In this document: piece after piece, positions 41,601-54,751 of the stretch | Position numbering within the stretch: the stretch's first letter is position 1 | Layout: the number at the start of each line of letters is the position of its first letter | Assembly: GCA_964016885.1 (NCBI GenBank) | Contig: OZ024741.1 | Coordinates: forward strand, 219,418,001 to 219,482,000 | Length of the DNA stretch: 64,000 bases | Source: Eledone cirrhosa | Lineage: Eukaryota | Direction of reading: 5' to 3' | Translations under genes and position numbers: made by a program | Notes under the pieces: model-generated | What the model was told of the DNA's origin: nothing | Seen by the model: the letters and a program-made list of their open reading frames with translations, nothing else | The model's database searches: none

Positions 41601-44600
41601 ATATATAGATAGTTGTATATATATGATGTAGAAAGTTGACAGTGATACAAAGGTATATATAGATAGTGGTATATACAGGATGTAGAAAGTTGACAGTGAT
41701 ACAAAGGTATATATAGATAGTGGTATATATATGATTTAGAAAGTTGACAGTGATACAAAGGTATATATATAGATAGTGGTATATATATGATGTAGAAAGT
41801 TGACAGTGATACAAAGGTATATATAGATAGTGGTATATATATGATGTAGAAAGTTGACAGTGATACAAAGGTATATATAGATAGTGGTATATACAGGATG
41901 TAGAAAGTTGACAGTGATACAAAGGTATATATATATACATAGTGGTATATATATGATGTAGAACGTTGACAGTGATACAAAGGTATATATAGATAGTGGT
42001 ATATATATGATGTAGAAAGTTGACAGTGATACAAAGGTATATATAGATAGTGGTATATATATGATGTAGAAAGCTGACAGTGATACAAAGGTATATATAG
42101 ATAGTGGTATATATATGATGTAGAAAGTTGACAGTGATACAAAGGTATATATAGATAGTGGTATATATATGATGTAGAAAGTTGATAGTGATACAAAGGT
42201 ATATATAGATAGTAGTATATATATGATGTAGAAAGTTGACAGTGATACAAAGGTATATATAGATAGTGGTATATATATGATGTAGAAAGTTGACAGTGAT
42301 ACAAAGGTATATATAGATAGTGGTATATATATATAGTGGTATATATATGATGTAGAAAGTTGACAGTGATACAAAGGTATATATAGATAGTGGTATATAT
42401 AAGATGTAGAAAGTTGACAGTGATACAAATGTATATATAGATAGTGGTATATATATGATATAGAAAGTTTACAGTGATACAAAGGTATATATAGATAGTG
42501 GTATATATAAGATGTAGAAAGTTGACAGTGATACAAATGTATATATAGATAGTGGTATATATATGATGTAGAAAGTTGACAGTGATACAAAGGTATATAT
42601 AGATAGTGGTATATATATGATGTAGAAAGTTGACAGTGATACAAAGGTATATATAGATAGTGGTATATATATGATATAGAAAGTTGACAGTGATACAAAG
42701 GTATATATAGATAGTGGTATATATATGATATAGAAAGTTGACAGTGATACAAAGGTATATATAGATAGTGGTATATATATGATGTAGAAAGTTGACAGTG
42801 ATACAAAGGTATATATAGATAGTGGTATATATATGATGTAGAAAGTTGACAGTGATACAAAGGTATATATAGATAGTGGTATATATATGATGTAGAAAGT
42901 TGACAGTGATACAAAGGTATATATAGATAGTGGTATATATAAGATGTAGAAAGTTGACAGTGATACAAAGGTATATATAGATAGTGGTATATATAAGATG
43001 TAGAAAGTTGACAGTGATACAAAGGTATATATAGATAGTGGTATATATATGATGTAGAAAGTTGACAGTGATACAAAGGTATATATAGATAGTGGTATAT
43101 ATAAGATGTAGAAAGTTGACAGTGATACAAAGGTATATATATAGATAGTGGTATATATATGATGTAGAAAGTTGACAGTGATACAAAGGTATATATAGAT
43201 AGTGGTATATATATGATGTAGAAAGTTCACAGTGATACAAAGGTATATATAGATAGTGGTATATATAAGATGTAGAAAGTTGACAGTGATACAAAGGTAT
43301 ATATAGATAGTGGTATATATAAGATGTAGAAAGTTGACAGTGATACAAAGGTATATATAGATAGTGGTATATATATGATGTAGAAAGTTGACAGTGATAC
43401 AAAGGTATATATAGATAGTGGTATATATATGATGTAGAAAGTTGACAGTGATACAAAGGTATATATAGATAGTGGTATATATAAGATGTAGAAAGTTGAC
43501 AGTGATACAAAGGTATATATAGATAGTGGTATATATATGATGTAGAAAGTTGACAGTGATACAAAGGTATATATAGATAGTGGTATATACAAGATGTAGA
43601 AAGTTGACAGTGATAAAAAGGTATATATAGATAGTGGTATATATATGATGTAGAAAGTTGACAGTGATACAAAGGTATATATATAGATAGTGGTATATAT
43701 AAGATGTAGAAAGTTGACAGTGATACAAAGGTATATATAGATAGTGGTATATATATGATGTAGAAAGTTGACAGTGATACAAAGGTATATATAGATAGTG
43801 GTATATATATGATGTAGAAAGTTGACAGTGATACAAAGGTATATATAGATAGTGGTATATATATGATGTAGAAAGTTGACAGTGATACAAAGGTATATAT
43901 AGATAGTGGTATATACAAGATGTAGAAAGTTGACAGTGATACAAAGGTATATATAGATAGTGGTATATATATGATGTAGAAAGTTGACAGTGATACAAAG
44001 GTATATATAGATAGTGGTATATATATGATGTAGAAAGTTGACAGTGATACAAAGGTATAAATAGATAGTGGTATATATATGATGTAGAAAGTTGACAGTG
44101 ATACAAAGGTATATATAGATAGTGGTATATATATGATGTAGAAAGTTGACAGTGATACAAAGGTATATATAGATAGTGGTATATATATGATGTAGAAAGT
44201 TGACAGTGATACAAAGGTATATATAGATAGTGGTATATATATGATTTAGAAAGTTGACAGTGATACAAAGGTATATATATAGATAGTGGTATATATATGA
44301 TTTAGAAAGTTGACAGTGATACAAAGGTATATATATAGATAGTGGTATATATATGATGTAGAAAGTTGACAGTGATACAAAGGTATATATAGATAGTGGT
44401 ATATATATGATGTAGAAAGTTGACAGTGATACAAAGGTATATATAGATAGTGGTATATACAGGATGTAGAAAGTTGACAGTGATACAAAGGTATATATAT
44501 ATACATAGTGGTATATATATGATGTAGAAAGTTGACAGTGATACAAAGGTATATATAGATAGTGGTATATATATGATGTAGAAAGTTGACAGTGAGTCAA

Positions 44601-46430
44601 AGGTATATATAGAGAGTGGTATATATAAGATGTAGAAATTAGACAGTCATACAAAGGTATATATAGATAGTGGTATATATATGATGTAGAAAGCTGACAG
44701 TGATACAAAGGTATATATAGATAGTGGTATATATATGATGTAGAAAGTTGACAGTGATACAAAGGTATATATAGATAGTGGTATATATATGATGTAGAAA
44801 GTTGATAGTGATACAAAGGTATATATAGATAGTAGTATATATATGATGTAGAAAGTTGACAGTGATACAAAGGTATATATAGATAGTGGTATATATATGA
44901 TGTAGAAAGTTGACAGTGATACAAAGGTATATATAGATAGTGGTATATATATGATATAGAAAGTTGACAGTGATACAAAGGTATATATAGATAGTGGTAT
45001 ATATAAGATGTAGAAAGTTGACAGTGATACAAATGTATATATAGATAGTGGTATATATATGATGTAGAAAGTTGACAGTGATACAAAGGTATATATAGAT
45101 AGTGGTATATATATGATGTAGAAAGTTGACAGTGATACAAAGGTATATATAGATAGTGGTATATATATGATATAGAAAGTTGACAGTGATACAAAGGTAT
45201 ATATAGATAGTGGTATATATATGATATAGAAAGTTGACAGTGATACAAAGGTATATATAGATAGTGGTATATATATGATGTAGAACGTTGACAGTGATAC
45301 AAAGGTATATATAGATAGTGGTATATATATGATGTAGAAAGTTGACAGTGATACAAAGGTATATATAGATAGTGGTATATATATGATGTAGAAAGTTGAC
45401 AGTGATACAAAGGTATATATAGATAGTGGTATATATAAGATGTAGAAAGTTGACAGTGATACAAAGGTATATATAGATAGTGGTATATATAAGATGTAGA
45501 AAGTTGACAGTGATACAAAGGTATATATAGATAGTGGTATATATATGATGTAGAAAGTTGACAGTGATACAAAGGTATATATAGATAGTGGTATATATAA
45601 GATGTAGAAAGTTGACAGTGATACAAAGGTATATATAGATAGTGGTATATATATGATGTAGAAAGTTGACAGTGATACAAAGGTATATATAGATAGTGGT
45701 ATATACAAGATGTAGAAAGTTGACAGTGATACAAAGGTATATATAGATAGTGGTATATATATGATGTAGAAAGTTGACAGTGATACAAAGGTATATATAG
45801 ATAGTGGTATATATATGATGTAGAAAGTTGACAGTGATACAAAGGTATATATATAGATAGTGGTATATATAAGATGTAGAAAGTTGACAGTGATACAAAG
45901 GTATATATAGATAGTGGTATATATATGATGTAGAAAGTTGACAGTGATACAAAGGTATATATAGATAGTGGTATATATATGATGTAGAAAGTTGACAGTG
46001 ATACAAAGGTATATATATAGATAGTGGTATATACAAGATGTAGAAAGTTGACAGTGATACAAAGGTATATATAGATAGTGGTATATATATGATGTAGAAA
46101 GTTGACAGTGATACAAAGGTATATATAGATAGTGGTATATATATGATGTAGAAAGTTGACAGTGATACAAAGGTATATATATAGATAGTGGTATATACAA
46201 GATGTAGAAAGTTGACAGTGATACAAAGGTATATATAGATAGTGGTATATATATGATGTAGAAAGTTGACAGTGATACAAAGGTATATATAGATAGTGGT
46301 ATATATATGATGTAGAAAGTTGACAGTGATACAAAGGTATATATAGATAGTGGTATATATATGATGTAGAAAGTTGACAGTGATACAAAGGTATATATAT
46401 AGATAGTGGTATATATAAGATGTAGAAAGC
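38612..46430. repeat. 54-bp minisatellite, about 145 highly homogeneous copies
   Basis: Unit GACAGTGATACAAAGGTATATATAGATAGTGGTATATATATGATGTAGAAAGTT, with occasional +2 TA variants. Confidence 0.98.
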
Positions 46431-46504
46431 TTGCAAAACAAAGAATTGGTGGGGGGGACCCTTTATTTGCATCAAGACATGACAACCTTAGTGCTGGTGG
46501 TTTA

Positions 46505-46800
46505 CATAATAACAGCACCCAGTACACTCTGTAAAGTGGTTGGTAGTAGAAAAAGCATCCAGCTGTAAAATGTTTCCCAAGGAAGAGGTTGGGAGGACCT
46601 TTCAGTTTGTGTAAAAATAAAACATGACAACCTCTCTTGTGCACTTGATAGAATGTATGAACTTGCATAAGCGAGACGCAAACCTCGTGACCTGTCTGGG
46701 AGGTCAGTAGACCTGCTTGAGTACTGACTTGGTCTATATAGATATGTCCAATCCTTACTGAAGGAGAAGTGAATGTTAAATGATGATGATGATGATGATA
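46505..46800 (+). mobile_element. Remnant of an RTE-associated SINE/LINE with (GAT)n tail
   Basis: CACTCTGTAAAGTGGTTGG..GCATCCAGCTGTA resembles 63690-63745; ends GTTAAATGATGATG. Confidence 0.5.
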
Positions 46801-47104
46801 GATAGATAGATAGAGAGGGATAAAGAGTGAGGGATAAAGAGAGAGGGATAGATAAATAGAGAGATAGAGAGAAAGGAATAGATAGATAAAGAGGGATAGA
46901 TAGAGAGAGAGGGGGATAGATATATAGATAGATAGAGAGAGACAGATAGAGAGATATAGGGAATAGATAGATAGATAGATAGTGACAGAGGGATAGAGAG
47001 AGATAGGGGATAGATAGATAGATAGATAGAGAGAGGGATAGATAGATAGAGATAGATAGATAGATAGACAGTGAGAGAGAGATAGAGAGAGGAGGGGATA
47101 GATA
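46800..47104. repeat. Compound GATA/GA microsatellite
   Basis: Direct inspection. Confidence 0.9.
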
Positions 47105-47760
47105 GATTTCTTTATTTTCCACAAGGGCTCACAAGAAAAGGGGACAATACGAAGACACATGCCGGGTATTTTACATACAGTCGTGTAAAAAAAAGTTTTA
47201 ACATTAAAATATAACAATCGAAATCCCTAATAGGGGGGAGGCGTTACAAATGGGTTGTTTAATACCCTGTAGATAGAACAACCCTCTACTTCGGGAGCGT
47301 GTTGCGCAAGTGTTCCTTTCTTCCCTTTGCTCTCTTCTTCAACCTACAGGTTTATATACAGAGAAGGCCCAATCACTCGGGCCCTTATTGCCATATTCAC
47401 CCACCTTTCAGTAAATTTACTGGGGTGCAGTGCCTCTCTCTCCACTCTGATTCTCCTTCTAAAGTGGTATCTAAAGAAGGGAATGAGTTGTTGTCCGGAG
47501 AGAAAGGCATCTGTCCTCAGTCCTCTCAATCTCGTCCACCATATAACCTCTTTCACCATAGCCACTATACAGAGGAAAACCGCCTCTTTCGTTTTTGAAA
47601 GAGGCTGGCGGTTTGATCCTTACTATGGACTCGGCAGTCAACTGGATTTGACCCATACGTGACAGCAGTTGTTCCGCGTAGTTCCACAGGTCGGTTACGC
47701 CCGGGCAGTGGACAATTGCGTGCAAGACGGTTTCAATGTCCTGCCCCATCTTGGACACGT
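47105..47760 (-). mobile_element. Tx1-type LINE 3' end embedded in a (TCTA/GATA)n tract
   Basis: ETVLHAIVHCP, AMVKEVIWWTRLRGL and RRRIRVEREAL; ends CCTTGTGGAAAATAAAGAAATCTATCTATC. Confidence 0.85.
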
Positions 47761-47879
47761 AGTGAGAGAGAGATAGTGAGGGAGGGGGGATAGATAGATA
47801 GATAGATAGACTGACAGGCATATTCGAGGCATATAGACAACATTGTGAAACACAGTGACACTTCACAGTCACACAGTCA

Positions 47880-49120
47880 TAACCACAACACCATATACCA
47901 CCACCACACCATTACCACCACCACACCATCACCACCCACCAGCACCACCATCACACTATCACAACCACCACTCTACCACCACCCACCAGCACCACCACCA
48001 TATCACCACCACCACCACTCTACCACCACCCACCAGCACCACCACCATATACCACCACCACCACTCTACCACCACCAGCACCATCACCAACACCACCACT
48101 CTACCACCACCACCACTCTACCACCACCCACCAGCACCACCACCATATACCACCACCACCACTCTACCACCACCACCACCACTCTACCACCACCCACCAG
48201 CACCACTACCACACTATCACCACCACCACTCTACCACCACCCACCAGCACCACCATCACACTATCACAACCACCACTCTACCACCACCCACCAGCACCAC
48301 CACCATATCACCACCACCACCACTCTACCACCACCCACCAGCACCACCACCATATACCACCACCACCACTCTACCACCACCACCACCACTCTACCACCAC
48401 CACCACCACTCTACCACCACCCACCAGCACCACCACCACACTATCACCACCACCACTCTACCACCACCCACCACCACCACCATCACCACCACCACTCTAC
48501 CACCACCCACCAGCACCACCACCACACTATCACCACCACCACCACTCTACCACCACCCACCAGCACCACCACCCACCAGCACCACCACCACCACCACCAC
48601 TCTACCACCACCCACCAGCACCACCACCACACTATCACCACCACCACTCTACCACCAGCACCACCAGCACCACCACCAACACCACCAACACCACCACCAC
48701 ACTACCACCACCCACCAGCACCAGCACCACCAGCACCACCAGCACCACCACAACACTACCACCACACTACTACCACCACCACCCACCACCACCACCAGCA
48801 CCAGCACCAGCACCACCATCACCACCACAACACTACCACCACCCACCACACTACCACCACCATCACACTACCACCACCCACCAGCACCAGCACCACCAGC
48901 ACCACCATCACCACCACAACACTACCACCACCCACCACACTACCACCACCACCACACTACCACCACCCACCAGCACCACCAGCACCACCACCAGCACCAC
49001 CACAACACTACCACCACCACCATGACCCTATCACCACCCACCACACTACCACCACCCACCAGCACCACCACCACCACCACCACAACACTACCACCACCAC
49101 CATGACCCTATCACCCCCAC
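47880..49120. repeat. (CAC/ACC)n-rich degenerate low-complexity tract
   Basis: Direct inspection. Confidence 0.9.
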
Positions 49121-49287
49121 TGTCCAATATATAGATATAAATATCCAGATATTACCGGAACTCTGCAGAGGTGACTGATCAAATTTCCTATTGACAGTCA
49201 CACATTATAGAAACTCCTCATAAATTCTAGAACATTCTGTTACCCCCCCCCCCCCCCCCCCCCACACCTCCATCTCACTCCCCACTG

Positions 49288-50060
49288 CTGTTGGATGGTT
49301 GGATGGTTGGATGGATGGTTGGCTGATTGGTTGGCTGGTTGGATGGTTGTGTGTCTGGATGGTTGGGCGGTTGGGTGGTTGGATGGTTGTGTGTCTGGAT
49401 GGTTGGATGGTGTGTTAGGTGGACGGTTGGATGGTTGGATGAATGTTTGGATAGCTGGATGGTTAGACGGTTGGATGGTTGGTTGATCGGATGAATGGTT
49501 GGCTGGTTGAATGGTTGATTGGATGGTTGGCTGGCTGGTTGGGTGGTTGAATGGTTGGTTGGATGGATGGTTGATTGGAAGGTTGGACCGTTGGTTGGAT
49601 GGTTGGTTGGTTGGTTGGATGGTTGGTTGGTTGGTTGGTTGGATGGTTGGTTGGTGGTTGGTTGAGTGGATGGCTGGTTGGATGGTTGGTTGAGTGGTTG
49701 ATGATTGGTTGGATGGTTGAGTGGATGGATGGTTGGATGGTTGGATGGTTGGATGGTTGGCTGATTGGTTTGTTGGATGGTTGGTTGGTTGGTTGGTTGG
49801 ATGGTTGGATGGTTAGCTGGCTGGCTGGATGGTTGGTTGGTTGGATGGTTGGATGACTGGTTGGTTGGATGGTTGGCTGGCTGGTTGGTTGGTTGGATGG
49901 TTGGATGGGTGGTTGGATGGTTGGATGGTTGGATGGCTAGTTGGTTGGATGGTTGGTTGGTTGGATGGTTGGATGGTTTGGAAGTTGGTTGGATGGCTGG
50001 TTGATTGGTTGGTTAGTTGGTTGGATGGTTAATTGGGCAGCTGGTTGGATTGTTAGTTGG
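49288..50060. repeat. (TGGT/TGGA)n degenerate tetranucleotide tract
   Basis: Direct inspection. Confidence 0.9.
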
Positions 50061-50071
50061 ACATACATTTT

Positions 50072-50133
50072 CGGGGTGTCCCCCAAAAATTAGAATGCTG
50101 TTGAAGTGTTTATACATTTGTTAGGGACACCTG
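50072..50133. mobile_element. Tiny Tc1/mariner-type MITE remnant
   Basis: Imperfect inverted ends GGTGTCCCCCAAAAAT and ATTTGTTAGGGACACCTG, followed by TA. Confidence 0.45.
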
Positions 50134-50276
50134 TATATATATCTTTGACACATGAAAAATCCTTTCAACCTTATTTTCTACAGTTAAAAGCCTTTCCTAT
50201 CACCTATCACCCTACAGAGTGGACTGGGTGCATTTTATCATGGCACCAGCACCAGGGAGGTCATTATATATATATA

Positions 50277-50457
50277 ATTGTTTCTACTATTGGCACAAGA
50301 CCAGCAATTATTATAGTACATTACTGGTACTTTATTTTATCGACCCCGTAAGGATGAAAGGCAAAATTAACCTCGGCGGGATTTGAACTCAGAATGGCAA
50401 GGGCCCTAACTCTATGCGTCAAAGCATGGTGTCCGACCCTCTACTGATACTGCCAAT
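50277..50457 (-). mobile_element. tRNA-SINE, left arm of an inverted pair
   Basis: SINE consensus on the minus strand. Confidence 0.88.
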
Positions 50458-50460
50458 AAT

Positions 50461-50650
50461 GGCGGTGGATTGGCAGTATCGGTAGAGGGTCGGACGCCAT
50501 GCTTTGATGCATAGAGTTACGGCCCTTGCCATTCTGAGTTCAAATCCTGCCAAGGTTAACTTTGCCTTTCATCCTTACAGGGTCAATAAAATAAAGTACC
50601 AGTAATGCACTGGGTAATTGTTGGCCTTGTGCCAAAAGTAGAAACAATTA
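50461..50650 (+). mobile_element. tRNA-SINE, right arm of an inverted pair
   Basis: Full length, GGCGGTGGATTGGCAG to GTAGAAACAATTA. Confidence 0.9.
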
Positions 50651-51117
50651 TTTAATAATTTTATATATATATAAGAACTTCTATAGAATCTTCAATTTTA
50701 TTTCGATCTCTACACTTCCTCCTTCTCCTACCACCATTGCTTTTCCTCTTTCTCTCTCTTTTTTCTCTCTTTTTCTCCTATTTTTCCCCCTTTCATATTT
50801 TCCAATCTTGCTATTTATACTTTCGTCAAATACCTTCTATACCAATCCCATAGACCAGCTTTCCAATCCTTTAAAATTCTTCACGATTCCTCATTTCAGT
50901 GATATTTAAATAGAAATTTACTCTTCTCCATCTACCCACTCCTGTTTCCCACCCACCATAATCCAATAACATGTATATAAAACTAACATGGGGCATATGT
51001 CAACAGTTTGGATAGGACCACACATGTAAACTCACATATCTGAGAAGGTGTCAATTAAGATTCGGGATCTGATCACATGATCAAACCTGAGCTAATCAAT
51101 ATCGAAACAGTTTAATA

Positions 51118-51850
51118 TAATAATAATAATAATAATAATGAAATTATTGTGTACAGTGCTCAGGTGCACTACAACTCATCAAAGGTGCATGTATAGTACA
51201 TAGAATAATATACAAATGTCAGGGAGGTGAATAGTGTATGAGTCATGATATACATATGTACGTATGTATGGAGGGTGAATATTAGGTGTAGTATTGGCGA
51301 ATCTCAGGAAGCATGGAGGCCTTAAAGGATGCAGTGTCTCGACAGCTAACAACTGATGCAGGTAGTTTGTTCCATGCTTCAGCAACCCTGAGCGTGAAAA
51401 AATGTTTCCGGAAGTCATGGGAACTCTGCTGTTTTCTGACTTTGTGGGTATGCCTACGTGTGTTAGACACATGGAAATCAAAAAGGTACTCAGGGTTGTT
51501 GTTGGCAAGATGGTTAATAATTTTGTGGGTGTTTACCAAGTCAGTTGTCAGACATCGGAGCTTCAATGAATTCATGCCCAGGTAAGCAAGGCGTTCAGAG
51601 TATGGTAGGTGTCTGGTGGAGGGTATTCACTTGGTTGCACATCTCTGAACAGTTTCCAGGCGGTCAATGTTCTGAGCAAGATAGGGGTTCCAGATTGGTG
51701 ATGCAAATTCTAAGTGTGGCGACACCATAGCCATGTACAACTTTAAATAGATAGCTGGAGAGTGGCTGACAAATGTCTTGCTGAATGATGCTAAGACATC
51801 CTTGGCCTTCTTGACAATTTTAGAGACGTGGCAATACAGTTTCATAACAA
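51118..51850 (-). mobile_element. CR1-like LINE 3' fragment with (ATT)n tail
   Basis: LYMAMVSPHLEFASPIWNPY..LETVQRCATK and RKHFFTLRVAEAWNKLP. Confidence 0.85.
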
Positions 51851-52132
51851 GCTGCAAATCTGACTTATATTGTCACTCTAGTGTCACTCTATGATGCCAA
51901 CCCATATCACTACCGGATAGTTATACATGGCCACCGGCATATCCCAATGATTGCATAACTACTCCTATGATTACGTAAGCAACTGATGAACTCACAAGAA
52001 TAACCATGTAACAGAAATATTTATCACGCAATAAACAATTATGGTGAATTAATCCCGTCTTAACTACCTTTATTTGATATATATATATATATATATATAT
52101 AAATGACATGGCTTAAAAATGAGGCTTGTTTG

Positions 52133-52322
52133 CATAATTGCAAACTATCAGTAGAGTGTCAGACACCATGTTTTACAGCATAGAGTTATGGCCCTTTACG
52201 TTCTGAGTTCAAATCCCTCCATGGTTAACTTTGCCTTTCATTCTTACGGGGTTGATTATAATAAAGTACCAATAATGCACTGGGTAATTGCTGGCCTTGT
52301 GCCAAAAGTAGAAACAATTATT
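52133..52322 (+). mobile_element. Diverged tRNA-SINE copy
   Basis: B-box, central domain and 3' end match the family. Confidence 0.82.
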
Positions 52323-52323
52323 A

Positions 52324-52734
52324 ATATTTGAAAAACTCAGATTACATTTATTGTATACAGCCATGTAGAGCGAACACTTCTTTTTTATTTGAATTTGGCT
52401 AAGCTGGCCATTAATCGCTCGTATACAGAAAGCTGACTGGCCAGTCTGCTGATATGCAAATCTGGCTGATCAGTCGATCTGCTAATATGCAGATCTGACT
52501 GATCAGCCGGTCTGCTAATATGCAAGTCAGGCCGATCAGTCACTGTATATTTTAGAAAATATCATATATTTTCACTAGCTCTGAAGGTTGGCAGATGAAC
52601 AGTGAACTGTACTGATGAAGGGTAATACCCAGAAACATTAGTGTCTGCAGTTCTGTTTACATGCCAACACAAGAGCAAGAATGAGGGGCTCATTCTACTG
52701 ACATGGCTTTATATTCGAAAAACTCAGATTACAT
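52324..52734 (+). mobile_element. Non-coding hammerhead-containing element (retrozyme or Penelope pseudo-LTR-like)
   Basis: 24-bp direct repeats ATATT(T/C)GAAAAACTCAGATTACAT at 52324 and 52711, internal short tandem repeats and a hammerhead motif. Confidence 0.6.
52598..52657 (+). ncRNA. Type I hammerhead ribozyme motif
   Basis: Stem I GAACTGTA/TGCAGTTC, core CTGATGA, stem II GGGT-AAT-ACCC, GAAA, stem III ACA-TTAG-TGT. GUC cleavage triplet ends at 52645. Confidence 0.75.
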
Positions 52735-52737
52735 ATA

Positions 52738-53342
52738 TCTATATATATAAAACTGAGGATGTCTGTCTGCGTGTGTGTGTGTGTGTGTCTGTGAGTTTGA
52801 ATCCCTAAAACTCGAGAAGTACCCAACCGATTTTTTTCAAACTTTACATGTGTATTACTTATGTTTCAGGGCTTGCATTAGGTGAAAAACTGCGTTTTTT
52901 TCAGCTTTTTAGGGGTTTTTTGAGGCGTTACGTCAGACTGATTGCCTTGAAATTGTAACTATGTATTAGTCAGTCACTTCTTCATACCGTGAGCAAAGAA
53001 ACTTTTTTATGGCCTAGGGCCTGCATTGGGTGAAAAACTTAACTTTTTCAGCTTTTTAGGGCTTTTTTGAGGTGTTACGTCTAGCCGATTTTCCCAAAAT
53101 TTCAAGGCATATTATGCACATAAAAAAAATTCATTTTCTTGATCCCCTAGGGTCCACATTAGGTGAAAACCTGCATTTTTCCTACTTCATCGAGGAAAAT
53201 CTTAAAGATTATCCAGCCATCAGAGTATTCGGTTTATTTTCTTTACATATTGTCCAGACATGCAGTTTTTCCACGATTAGGTCTGTTGGCAGCCCGCGTT
53301 CCAAAATACCTTATCCCATGCAACGCCGGGTACCACTGCTAG
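52738..53342 (+). mobile_element. Non-autonomous Helitron
   Basis: 5' TCTATATATATAAAA followed by a GT microsatellite; subterminal hairpin CCCATGCAACGCCGGG; 3' CTAG. Sits between A and T with no TSD. Confidence 0.75.
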
Positions 53343-53391
53343 TACGTAATACATTTGTGTTCCGATGCATCACCGATTCTTCGTTTTCCAC

Positions 53392-53473
<82 letters not shown>

Positions 53474-53475
<2 letters not shown>

Positions 53476-54751
53476 GGGTGTGGACGATATTTGTTTGCAA
53501 GATTACTGTCTAGGAAAAAATAACACAGTAGTTTTATTTTTTGTTTTAATGACTTGTTCTTTCGATCTCACTTGATAAACCTGCCATTGGCTTTGATGAC
53601 GGCCTCAAGGCGGTCTCAGAACCGGCTACAGGCCTTCGTCACTGACCCCCGACTTAGGCCCCTAAAGTCACTTGTGATCCTGGCCTTCAGATCATCTTTC
53701 GTATTGCAGCTAGATCTGTTGGTGTCTATTTCCACTGCGCCCCACACAAAGAAGTCGGGGAGGGGTTGCAGTCAGGCGAGCTGGGAGGCCAGATATCAGG
53801 TGAAGTGTGGTCGACGAAGTTCTCTGACAGCCAGGCCTGGGTCTTTTGCCTGTATGGCAGGGCGCTGAGTCTTGCTGCCACACGTACGGCCTACCTGCAG
53901 CTACCTGGTCGATCCAGGGCTTTACTACCTTGCTCAGAACGCGGATGTAGCCATCGGTGTTCAGCTTGAGGCCCTCAAGGAAGAAGTGAGGTGGCATGAC
54001 ATCACCTTCACTGCTGACGACACCTAAGACCAATGTTGTCGCTGGAAACTTTGTCTGCATGACTCTGGGCACGTCTTTGAATGAGACAGTGAGCCACCTG
54101 TTGTTCTGGGAGTTGATCTTCTGGTCTTGGCAGAAGTTTTTCTCGTCGGAAAAAAACCCACAGCATGTCTGGCTCCAGTGGGTGTTTCAACTTGTTGATC
54201 AGGTTCTTTGCGTGCTTCAGTCGCTTTTCTTGCATCGCCTTTGACAGAAATTGTCCTTTCCTCATCTTGTATGAAACGAAGCGAATGTCTTAATGTACCA
54301 CCAGCCTAATGAGCTTTTCATCCACGCCTTTCTCCCTTGCAATGGCACGCATCGACTTACTAGGTTCATTGTTGATGATATCCTGAACTTCAGCGACGAA
54401 CTCGGGCGTTCTGAATCGTCAGATCATCGATCATGTGTTTTCCTCTCTGATGTTGCTTCGTAGTCGAATCCTGAATCTTCCAATTCCTTTCTGACCTTTT
54501 CCACCATTTTCCTGCTGACGCTGAGAAAGTCTGAAATTTCCTTATTTGTCCTCCCGGCGCGGATTACAAGAAGATCTCCGTGTCTCTTCCACAAATTTGG
54601 AGGTTCAAAATTATTCATAATCAATTATTCTGAAAATAAATAATGGAAATATAGTCACTGTTTTTATGAAGACAAGAGTGACAACGGAAGTAAAAAAAAT
54701 TTGTATAAAATTAGCAGTTGAAAATGGCGAACAAATATCTTCTACACCCTG
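53474..54751 (-). mobile_element. Full-length Tc1/mariner DD37D (maT-type) DNA transposon with frameshifted transposase
   Basis: ~25-bp TIRs (C/T)AGGGTGT(G/A)GA(C/A)GATATTTGTT in TA context. Reconstructed FSDEK, WQQDSAPCH and WPPSSPDCNP.D give 37 residues between the last two Asp after frameshift correction. Confidence 0.88.

Noticed and set aside
38454-47217. Very long minus-strand ORFs (up to 1774 aa)
   Set aside because: The 54-bp unit has no stop in any minus frame, so all three frames are open, and TA indels shift frames freely.
47845-49134. Mucin/extensin-like or His-rich protein
   Set aside because: CAC-rich tract open in several frames, with no splice or start context.
51860-52070. 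Possible exon bounded by AG and GTAAGC
   Set aside because: All three plus-strand frames contain stops.
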